Assembly (NCBI RefSeq): GCF_963921235.1
Contig: NC_086097.1
Span: 94,118,001 to 94,182,000, forward strand
Source: Mobula hypostoma
Lineage: Eukaryota
Direction of reading: 5' to 3'
DNA length: 64,000 nt
Position numbers and translations under genes: made by a program. Below, piece by piece: positions 60,001 to 64,000 of the stretch (the first letter of the stretch is position 1; every line of letters begins with the position of its first letter). The notes beneath the pieces are model-generated. The model was given only the letters and a program-made list of their open reading frames with translations, ran no database searches and was not told where the DNA came from.

Positions 60001-61912
60001 CCACTCTCCCCCATCTGGTGGAACTGGTCCTCGCCCTCAACAATTTCTCCTTCAGCTTCAGCTTCTCTCACTTCCTTCAAACCAAAGGTGCAGCCATGGG
60101 CACTCGTACAGGTCCCAGCTATGCCTGCCTTTTCATTGGATATGTGGAGCAGTCTATGTTCCAAGCCTACACCAGCATTGCTCCCCAACTCTTCCTATGC
60201 TACATCGATGACTGCATTGGTGCTGCTTCCTGCACCCATGCTGAGCTCATCAATTTCATCAACTTTGCCTCCAACTTTCACCCTGCCCTCAAATTTACTT
60301 GGTCCATTTCTAACACCTCTCTCCCCTTTGTGTGTCTCCATCTCTGGAGACCGTCTATCTATTGATATATTTTATAAACCCACTGACTCTCCCAGCTATC
60401 TTGACTATACCTTTTCCCTCCCTGTCACTTGTAAAAATGCAATTCCCTTTTCTCAGTTGCTCTACCTCCACTGTATCTGCTCTCAGGATGAGACTTTTCA
60501 TTCCCGAGCAATTGAAATGTCCTCCTTTTTCAAAGAAAGGGGCTTCCCTTCCTTCACCATCAATGCTGCCCTCACCTGTTTCTCTTCCATTGCGTGCACA
60601 TCTGCCTTCACCTCATCCTCCTGCCACCCTACCAGGGATAGGGTTCCTTGTCCTCACCTACCACCCCACCAGCCCATAATTCTCTGCAACTGGCACTATC
60701 TCCAACTGGATCTTAACACCAAGCACATCTTTCCTTCCTCTACACTTCCTGTTTTCTGTATGAATTGCTCCCTACACAACTCCCTTGACTATTTGTCCCT
60801 CCCCACTGATCTCCCTCCTGGCACTTATCCTTGCAAACTACACTGTCCTTACACCTCCTCCCTCACTACCACTCAAATCCTCAAACAGTCCCTCCAGGTG
60901 AGGTGACACTTCACCTGTGAGTCTGTGGGGTTATCTACTGTGCCTGGTGCTCCTGGGGTGGCCTCCTGTATATCGGTGAGACCCGATGGAGATTGGGAGA
61001 CCGCTTCGCCGAGCACCTTCGCTTTGTCCGCCACAAAAAGTGGGATTCCCTGTGCCCACCCATTTCAATTCTACATCCCATTCCTATTCCAACATGTCAG
61101 TCCATGGTTTCCTCTACTGTCGCGATGAGGCTGCACTCAGGTTGGAGGAAGAACACCTTATATTCCACCTGGGTAGCCTCCAACCTAATGGCATGAACAT
61201 CAATTTCTCAAACTTCTGGTAACTGCCCCCTCCTCCCTTCACCATGCCCCATTCCCGTTTCCCTCTTACACCTTCTCTTCTTACCTGCCCATCACCTCCC
61301 TCTGGTGCTCCTCCCCCTTCCCTTTCTTCCATGGTCTTCTGTCCCCTCCTATCAGATTCCCCCTTCTCCAGTTCACTAATCAACTTCCCAGCTCTTTACC
61401 TCACCCCTCTCCCTCCTGGTTTCACCTTTCACCTGCCACCTTGTACTTCATCCTCCCCTCCCCACACCTTTTTCATCTGACTTCTTCCCACGACCTTTTC
61501 TGTCCCGATGAAGGGTCTCGGCCCAATACACTGACTGTTTATTCCCATCCACAGGTGCTGCCTGAGCTGCTGAGCTCCCCCTGAACATGGTGTGTACGGC
61601 TCTGAATACATAGCACACCTTGATCCCAATAATTTCAACAGTAAGCACAAAGTAACCCCAGAAACGTGACCTCGGCTATGGGGGATTACACGCAGTGAAT
61701 GGTTATTATTGACGTGACTTTATGATTCTGAGATGCTTGCTTGTTGGGGGAGCTGTATTGTACAGTGAGCCCAATTCTAATTTCTCAAGTCATTTCCCCA
61801 CACAGAGCTGCCTTTGCTCCCGTCCCTGCGTCCAATGGAGTGGGCCAGGTGGTGCAGTACCGAGCAGGAAGAAGCTACAATCGCAGGGGAGCAATGCGCA
61901 TCGAGGCCACAT
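5845..61912 (+). CDS. Partial spliced CDS (10 exons) of a TAM-family receptor tyrosine kinase (TYRO3-like/AXL-like): Ig1-Ig2-FN3-FN3-TM-juxtamembrane; 5' exon and kinase exons outside window
   Basis: Ten AG..GT-bounded exons with compatible phases (1/2/1/1/1/0/1/0/1/2/1) join into one stop-free frame. Motifs RCQL..IHWLKDG, D.G.Y.C, PFNLTC, CEAHNAKG, GPWSEP, a TM helix followed by KKELQFG, and RIEAT match the TAM family. Exon sizes such as 101, 87 and 116 nt fit TAM gene structure as I recall it. Confidence 0.93.
7168..7860 (-). mobile_element. Young CpG-rich non-autonomous retroposon with Rex/Babar-like ends
   Basis: On the minus strand it starts ggaggagaagatggtggcgcg and ends caataaaagagg...cataatctaatc; CpG-dense relative to flanks; no recognisable protein. 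Confidence 0.55.
8150..8262 (+). mobile_element. RTE/BovB-tail SINE-like repeat, 5' piece (3' piece at 12140-12282, split by CR1)
   Basis: Matches copies at 46860-47215 and 48845-49300 up to gagtattgataat; the continuation ggctgggg resumes at about 12140. Confidence 0.75.
8265..12135 (+). mobile_element. Long decayed CR1 LINE (endonuclease + RT + 3' tail) carrying a nested younger CR1
   Basis: AILDLLL, LNWRKANFDGIR, VPEDW..ANIVPLFKK...PGNYRP, FADDTK, ERLQKKFTRML fragments; tail ctatgactgtatgact. Confidence 0.9.
10053..10946 (+). mobile_element. Younger 5'-truncated CR1 LINE nested in the older CR1
   Basis: Near-intact ORF2 end (DDTKV...WQMEFNPDKCEVVHF...RPHLEYCAQFWSPHYRKD...MRGDLIEVYK) with one stop; tail ttctatgcttctat; host CR1 resumes afterwards. 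Confidence 0.9.
12140..12282 (+). mobile_element. RTE/BovB-tail SINE-like repeat, 3' piece
   Basis: agaagaagacaatggtagccacttctgtagaatttgccaagg...cacataacaatgatgatgac, matching other copies. Confidence 0.75.
13230..13330 (+). CDS. TAM RTK exon, Ig1 C-half: LSGVQQTDMGWYWCTVNVKGANVNSKKAFLTVEG
   Basis: Acceptor ttctgttgcag, donor ag|gtagga; 101 nt, phase 2 to 1; Ig DxGxYxC motif; not in ORF track. Confidence 0.93.
14093..14266 (+). CDS. TAM RTK exon, Ig2 N-part: LPYFTIQPQDIYVLKDAPFNLTCAANGRPEPMGILWKNVGVLVEERWNASFSILTVKG
   Basis: Acceptor ttttcttgactag, donor ag|gtaaag; 174 nt, phase 1 to 1; GLPYF and PFNLTC as in TAM Ig2. Confidence 0.93.
14541..15165 (+). repeat. 40-bp minisatellite, about 15 copies, CR1-derived
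   Basis: Unit TATATACAATTATGAAGGGTTTACACAGAGTGGACAATGG; directly continues a CR1 fragment at about 14417-14560. Confidence 0.95.
16120..16740 (+). mobile_element. CR1 LINE 3' fragment
   Basis: DVEALERVQKRFIRML, NTRGQAFNVRKGKFK fragments. Confidence 0.85.
17375..17730 (-). mobile_element. CR1 LINE 3' fragment
   Basis: Minus ORF TGRHRLKVKEERF...HLDRYMNRK; tail motif acagcacagaaacggggcctttggccc. Confidence 0.8.
18430..19800 (+). mobile_element. Decayed Penelope-like element (RT C-term, GIY-YIG endonuclease, pLTR with hammerhead)
   Basis: Homologous to 59835-61600; CGLLYIGET-type motif near 19217; pLTR ends cagtcctgatgaagggcctcagcctgaaaagtcgactg. Confidence 0.88.
19729..19766 (+). ncRNA. Minimal type I hammerhead ribozyme motif (Penelope pLTR)
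   Basis: Stem I CAGTC/GACTG, core CTGATGA, stem II AGG-loop-CCT, GAAA, triplet GTC; stem III reads AAGT rather than ACGT. Confidence 0.75.
20040..20192 (-). mobile_element. RTE/BovB-tail SINE-like repeat fragment truncated at the L1 junction
   Basis: Reverse complement of the family 3' end (acagaagtggtttgccattgtcttcttctgggc). Confidence 0.75.
20193..22848 (+). mobile_element. 5'-truncated L1-clade LINE (ORF2 RT to C-terminal Zn knuckle, 3' UTR, tail)
   Basis: SYRPISLLNVDAKILSK, SLDAKKVFDRVEW, GTRQGCPLSPLLF, SLYADD, FKYLGI, CDRC...LTHMFWSC; T-rich UTR, AATAAA and (tgaaa) tail; few stops or frameshifts. Confidence 0.93.
22862..23030 (+). mobile_element. V-SINE (HE1-like) fragment
   Basis: V-domain-like ctgtgtggagtttgc...gtgctccagtttcctccca...ccaaagac. 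Confidence 0.7.
23998..24084 (+). CDS. TAM RTK exon, Ig2 C-part: IKSQTTFTCEAHNAKGVAVSRTASAYVK
   Basis: Acceptor ctgttgtcag, donor ag|gtaagt; 87 nt, phase 1 to 1; CEAHNAKG signature. Confidence 0.94.
24230..24600 (-). mobile_element. Putative Gypsy 3' LTR remnant with polypurine tract
   Basis: Minus strand reads TTAGAGAAGGAGGTAC-TGTCATGA (PPT then TG LTR start at 24568); AATAAA on minus near 24318; distal end unclear. Confidence 0.5.
24760..27615 (+). mobile_element. Long decayed CR1 LINE, interrupted by a minus-strand Rex-like fragment
   Basis: Colinear with 8980-12130 (NWISKFADDTKTGG, KIDRVQREFARTLPG); host sequence gaaggcaa|ggcaatgg is split at about 25833/26460. Confidence 0.88.
25833..26460 (-). 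mobile_element. Rex1/Babar-like 3' fragment nested in CR1
   Basis: Tail aagttcaaa...tttattg followed by sequence resembling the reverse complement of the 1300-1870 / 39100-39760 type 3' end. Confidence 0.7.
27615..28150. repeat. Pyrimidine-rich low-complexity tract
   Basis: About 500 bp dominated by C/T, strongest at 27865-28150. Confidence 0.8.
29148..29263 (+). CDS. TAM RTK exon, FN3-1 N-part: VSPDKPSKLRIDNQTSNSVSVSWAVTFNGFSSLHNCTAQ
   Basis: Acceptor cttgttcttcag, donor cag|gtaggc; 116 nt, phase 1 to 0; VSW...F.G.S.L..CT.Q pattern of TAM FN3-1. Confidence 0.91.
29530..29633 (-). mobile_element. Short Penelope pLTR terminus with hammerhead motif (29596-29633)
   Basis: Minus strand tagtc-CTGACGA-agggtctcggcct-GAAA-catc-gactg. 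Confidence 0.75.
30261..31527. repeat. Local inverted duplication: arms 30261-30482 and 31303-31527, spacer about 820 bp
   Basis: Arms are near reverse complements, including non-repeat flanks around a Penelope terminus; also visible as paired ORFs 30295+ and 31299-. Confidence 0.9.
32740..33790 (+). mobile_element. CR1 LINE RT / 3' fragment
   Basis: gttccacagggatctgttctgggacc (VPQGSVLGP), FEDETKVGGVVD, tail tgttctgtgttct. Confidence 0.85.
36305..37970 (+). mobile_element. Decayed Ty3/Gypsy LTR retrotransposon (RNase H, integrase, probable 3' LTR at about 37760-37970)
   Basis: TDASDYAV..V.EQ....WQPLAFFSRQL....KHSTFDREL..LYLAVRHF..LEGR.F (RNase H); CVECQRAKINRH...ERFNHVNVDLVGP (integrase); AATAAA at 37899. 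Confidence 0.9.
36685..36790 (-). mobile_element. tRNA-derived SINE head inserted in Gypsy pol
   Basis: Minus strand tggcgcgTGGCCAAGTGGttaagg (A box)...agtttgagcc (B-box-like)...gtgtccttgagcaaggcactt. Confidence 0.7.
38060..39760 (+). mobile_element. Decayed Rex1/Babar-like LINE (RT and 3' UTR)
   Basis: KAMGPDNIPGRVLRDC, CLNDFCPVAL, DPFQFA, WCKHNNLSLSLNKTKEMIVDFRK, VKFLGVHITDD; tail aaactgaaattgaactt. Confidence 0.88.
41237..41868 (+). repeat. 64-bp minisatellite, about 10 highly similar copies
   Basis: Unit TGCAGTCTCACTCCCATCTTGTACGACCACACCGACCCCCCAGCTTCAAACTCAACACTGCGAG starting at 41237, 41301, 41365 and onward. Confidence 0.97.
42171..42366 (+). CDS. TAM RTK exon, FN3-1 C-part: VFDPNKVNASSNTNISFEVTFSVPPYSHTIGELSPFATCGVRISCSNEVGPSGFSEWMHFRTSEG
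   Basis: Long polypyrimidine tract then ccag, donor ag|gtgacg; 196 nt, phase 0 to 1; VPP..L.P...R.SC.NE.G.S..S.W...T.EG. Confidence 0.93.
42470..43270 (+). mobile_element. CR1 LINE 3' fragment
   Basis: EYCEQFWAPYLRKDVLKLERVQ, NFFSQRVVNLWN; tail tatgatcttatggt. Confidence 0.9.
43365..43945 (-). mobile_element. CR1 LINE 3' fragment, same family, inverted relative to 42470-43270
   Basis: Open minus ORF KALVRPHPEYCEQLWAPHLRKDV...FFSQRVVNLWNLLP. Confidence 0.9.
45246..45388 (+). CDS. TAM RTK exon, FN3-2 N-part: APSASPGNVTYSYNGSSFVIQWDEIAAGDVHGVLLGYVVEWNRKEGKQ
   Basis: Acceptor ttttcccacag, donor cag|gtcgtt (weak); 143 nt, phase 1 to 0; APS..P.NV, W, G.LLGY. Confidence 0.88.
45561..46790 (-). 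mobile_element. Possible solo LTR or unclassified repeat
   Basis: Abrupt start at tgtcgtac, minus-strand AATAAA near 45640, LTR-like non-coding texture; no TSD identified. Confidence 0.25.
46860..47215 (+). mobile_element. RTE/BovB-tail SINE-like repeat, near full length
   Basis: Multi-copy in the window; 3' agaagaaggcaaggcagaccacttctgtagaaaaatttgccaagg and (aatg)n tail. Confidence 0.8.
47260..48100 (+). mobile_element. Decayed CR1 LINE 3' fragment
   Basis: KANGMLALIAKGIE, VLVRLHLGYRVQFWS. Confidence 0.85.
48845..49300 (+). mobile_element. RTE/BovB-tail SINE-like repeat with expanded (GAT)n tail at 49198-49300
   Basis: Same family as 46860-47215; tail is an imperfect GAT/AAT microsatellite of about 100 bp. 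Confidence 0.85.
50875..52280 (-). mobile_element. RTE-tail SINE (50875-50966 plus 51997-52280) split by a CR1 insertion (50967-51996)
   Basis: SINE sequence ttttctacagaa|...|tttgccattgccttcttctggg rejoins across a minus-strand CR1 (IPQGSVLG, FADGTK, RPHLEYCEQFW). Confidence 0.85.
52977..54040 (+). repeat. 38-bp minisatellite, about 25 copies, with variable extra 10-bp module
   Basis: Unit AGACTCTGTCAGAGTTTCTGTACCTCTCATAGAGTGTC; some units repeat AGACTCTGTC; the array abuts a minus-strand CR1 tail at 54035. Confidence 0.96.
55283..55424 (+). CDS. TAM RTK exon, FN3-2 C-part: EIPVNVGTQAILRRFDPSGKHSFRVCARTAGGRGPWSEPVLFLGQEQ
   Basis: Acceptor tttctttgcag, donor ag|gtaaag; 142 nt, phase 0 to 1; RVC..T..G.GPWSEP. 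Confidence 0.92.
55505..56089. mobile_element. Palindromic mariner-type MITE
   Basis: TA at 55503-04 and 56090-91; termini GAG(A/G)GGTGATTGATAAGTT.GTGGCCTAAGGTAGAAGGA; arms 55505-55785 and 55824-56089 are reverse complements. Confidence 0.88.
56425..58498. repeat. Local inverted duplication: arm 56425-56700 copied as 57513-57697 plus 58404-58498
   Basis: Reverse-complement match read by eye across the whole arm; second arm interrupted by a Penelope insertion. Confidence 0.9.
57145..58800 (-). mobile_element. CR1 3' fragment interrupted at 57512-58499
   Basis: ctccagagaaaa|...|acatctctagtttatccaacctctcc rejoins into the CR1 minus-strand pattern also seen at 63850-63890. Confidence 0.75.
57698..58389. 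mobile_element. Truncated Penelope-like insertion with inverted pLTRs and 14-bp TSD
   Basis: TAATTAACAATAGT at 57684-57697 and 58390-58403; minus pLTR 57698-58177 followed by plus pLTR 58178-58389; hammerhead motifs at 57791-57828 (-) and 58295-58332 (+). Confidence 0.9.
58947..59073 (+). CDS. TAM RTK transmembrane exon: ESRNQRTRISWAPLIIGILCAVITLISVLLVVYHIRKKELQFG
   Basis: Acceptor cttttag, donor gg|gtgagt; 127 nt, phase 1 to 2; hydrophobic helix plus basic stop-transfer; resembles TYRO3 RTSWVPVVLGVL...RKETRFG. Confidence 0.93.
59835..61600 (+). mobile_element. Decayed Penelope-like element (RT, GIY-YIG, pLTR)
   Basis: FTMDVQSLYTSFPH, QTKGAAMGT, YACLFIG, YIDDCIG, FHPALKFT, LYIGET, GDRFAEHL, LEEEHLIFHLGSLQPNGMNINF. 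Confidence 0.93.
61806..61912 (+). CDS. TAM RTK juxtamembrane exon: AAFAPVPASNGVGQVVQYRAGRSYNRRGAMRIEAT
   Basis: Acceptor ttccccacacag, donor at|gtgcgt; 107 nt, phase 2 to 1; V.YRA.RSYNR....RIEAT as in TYRO3/AXL; this frame is not in the ORF track. Confidence 0.9.
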
Positions 61913-62067
61913 GTGCGTGAGTCTGGCGGCTATTTGATTCCTTTTTGGTGTAGTTATGTTGCAGTGGACAAACTAACTCGGAGGTATCATGCCCGATAGA
62001 TGCTCAGAGTCATTTCAACCAAATTACAGCACAGGAGCCAAAGTAGGCCATCCAGCCCATCCAGTTA

Positions 62068-63160
62068 GGGTGTCACAGTAGTGCAGTGGTTAGTGCAATT
62101 GGTTTAGAGCCCCAGTGATCAGCATTCGGGAATCCAATTCCCGCCACTGCCTGTAAGTGGACTAATCAAAATAAGACATACATGGTAAATGGTAGGGCAT
62201 TGAAGAATGCAGTAGAACAGAGGGATCTAGGAATAATGGTGCATAGTTCCCTGAAGGTGGAATCTCATGTGGATAGGGTGGTGAAGAAAGCTTTTGGTAT
62301 GCTAGCCTTTATAAATCAGAGCATTGAGTATAGGAGTTAGGATGTAATGTTAAAATTGTACAAGGCATTGGTAAGGCCAAATTTGGAGTATTGTGTACAG
62401 TTCTGGTCACCGAATTATAGGAAGGAAGTCAACAAAATAGAGAGAGTACAGAGAAGATTTACTAGAATGTTGCCTGGGTTTCAGCACCTGAGTTACAGAG
62501 AAAGGTTGAACAAGTTAGGTCTTTATTATTTGAAGCATAGAAGGTTGAGGGGGGACTCGATAGAGGTATTTAAAATTATGAGGGGGATAGATAGAGTTGA
62601 CGTGGATAGGCTTTTTCCATTGAGAGTGGGGGAGATTCAAACAAGAGGACATGAGTTGAGAGTTAGGGGGCAAAAGTTTAGGGGTAACACGAGGGGGAAC
62701 TTCTTAACTCAGAGAGTGGTGGCTGTGTGGAACGAGCTTCCAGTAGAAGTGGTAGAGGCAGGTTCGATATTGTCATTTAAAGAAAAATTGGATAGGTATA
62801 TGGACAGGAAAGTAATGGAGGGTTATGGGCCAAGTGCAGGTCGGTGGGACTAGGTGAGAGTAAGAGTTCGGCACGGACTAGAAGGGCTGAGATGGCCTGT
62901 TTCCGTGCTGTAATTGTTATATGGTTATAAAGATTGTACGTTCTGCTTGTGACCGTATGGGTTTCCTCTGGGTGCTCCAGTTTCCTGCACACTCCAAAGG
63001 CATACGGTCAGGGTCAGGGTTCATGAGTTGTGGACGTGCTGTACTGGGGCAAGAAGCGTGGTGACCCTTGCAGGCTGCCACCCAGCTCAGTCTTCACTGA
63101 TTTGATTTGATGCAAACAATGCAACTCACTGTGTGTTTCAATATACATTGACCAATAAAG
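62068..63160 (+). mobile_element. V-SINE (62068-62157 plus 62930-63160) split by a young CR1 (62158-62925)
   Basis: tRNA-like head gtagtgcagtggttag; V domain gggtttcctctgggtgctccagtttcc after the CR1; CR1 ORF 62347-62853 is open (RPNLEYCVQFWSP...). Confidence 0.88.
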
Positions 63161-63459
63161 CTCATTTTTAAAAAGATCTCATTCTGACCATTTATCTATC
63201 TTGCCTCCATATCCTGAAGCTCCTTATGTAATGTAAATCAATGGATTTTGATCTTAGGACCTCAAATTACTGCCTAGCATTTAAAACCCTTGGAGAAGAG
63301 GTTCATCTTTCAATAGACCAGGTGAAGGTGCTTTCTGATTGCTTGCCAATGTTTTAAGATTATTCACCATGCCTCTGAATTCTCCACCAGATGAAAGTCC
63401 TCCTTAATTTCTGCCCCACTGAATAATGTAATACTTTTAGCTCTCCAGCATGTTCAATC

Positions 63460-64000
63460 AGAACATAGAACACAGATGGTACAGCACAGGATCAGGCCCT
63501 ATGGCTCATTATGCTGTGCCAAACTAATTGAGCTTGTGACCCCTCACCCCTTCTGCCGGCACATGATCCATCTCCCTCCATTCTCTGCATAGTCATGTGG
63601 CAAAGAGCTTCTTAAATGCCTCTGTAGTGCCTGCCACCATCTCTACTCTCGATGGAGCATTCCAGAAACCCACCCGTCTCTGTGTTTAAAAAAAAACTTA
63701 CTTTCCCTGTGCACTTTCTCCTTCTCACCTTAAATGCATTCTTTCTAATACTAGATACTTCAATCAGTAGAAAACAAATGTTGTCTGTCTACTTTATCTA
63801 TGTCTCTCATGATTTTATAAAATTCTAGGTTTCCCCTGGGCCTCTGTTGCCCCTGAGAAAACAACCCAAGTTTGTCCAATCTCTCCTTATACCACATGCC
63901 CTCTATTCCAGACAGCATCCTGGTAAACCTCTTCTGCATCCTCTTCAAATCCTCCACATCCTTCCTGTAATGCCGTGACTAGAAATGAATGTAATACTTC
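63460..64000 (-). mobile_element. CR1 LINE 3' fragment, runs off the window
   Basis: Minus ORF EDLKRMQKRFTRMLSG...FYKIMRDIDKVDRQHLF; tail catagaaca. Confidence 0.88.

Noticed and set aside
59856..60906. 326-aa and 169-aa ORFs as a host gene or active element
   Set aside because: Frameshifted pieces of a decayed Penelope RT.
5845..61912. Assigning the symbol tyro3 or axl
   Set aside because: Diagnostic motifs conflict between domains and the kinase domain is not in the window, so the symbol is left blank.

Overview
Eukaryotic, repeat-saturated vertebrate genomic DNA. The repeat landscape (CR1 LINEs dominant, V-SINEs, Rex1/Babar-type LINEs, Penelope elements) suggests a cartilaginous fish, probably a ray or skate; this is an inference. 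The window lies inside one + strand gene, a TAM-family (TYRO3/AXL/MERTK) receptor tyrosine kinase. I assembled ten internal coding exons by hand (5845-6031, 13230-13330, 14093-14266, 23998-24084, 29148-29263, 42171-42366, 45246-45388, 55283-55424, 58947-59073, 61806-61912). All have AG/GT boundaries and matching phases, giving 1380 nt of stop-free frame encoding Ig1-Ig2-FN3-FN3-TM-juxtamembrane. The signal-peptide exon and kinase exons were not found and are presumably outside the window. The protein is AXL-like in Ig1/Ig2 and TYRO3-like from FN3-2 to the juxtamembrane, so orthology is unresolved. Introns hold nested retroelements, a 5'-truncated L1, a decayed Gypsy, Tc1 and mariner MITEs, and three minisatellites (two traceable to CR1 sequence). 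They also hold Penelope-type minimal hammerhead ribozyme motifs and two local inverted duplications with near-equal (~0.81-0.82 kb) spacers. I found no convincing evidence of a wholly new multi-gene system. Repeat boundaries are approximate and were read by eye.
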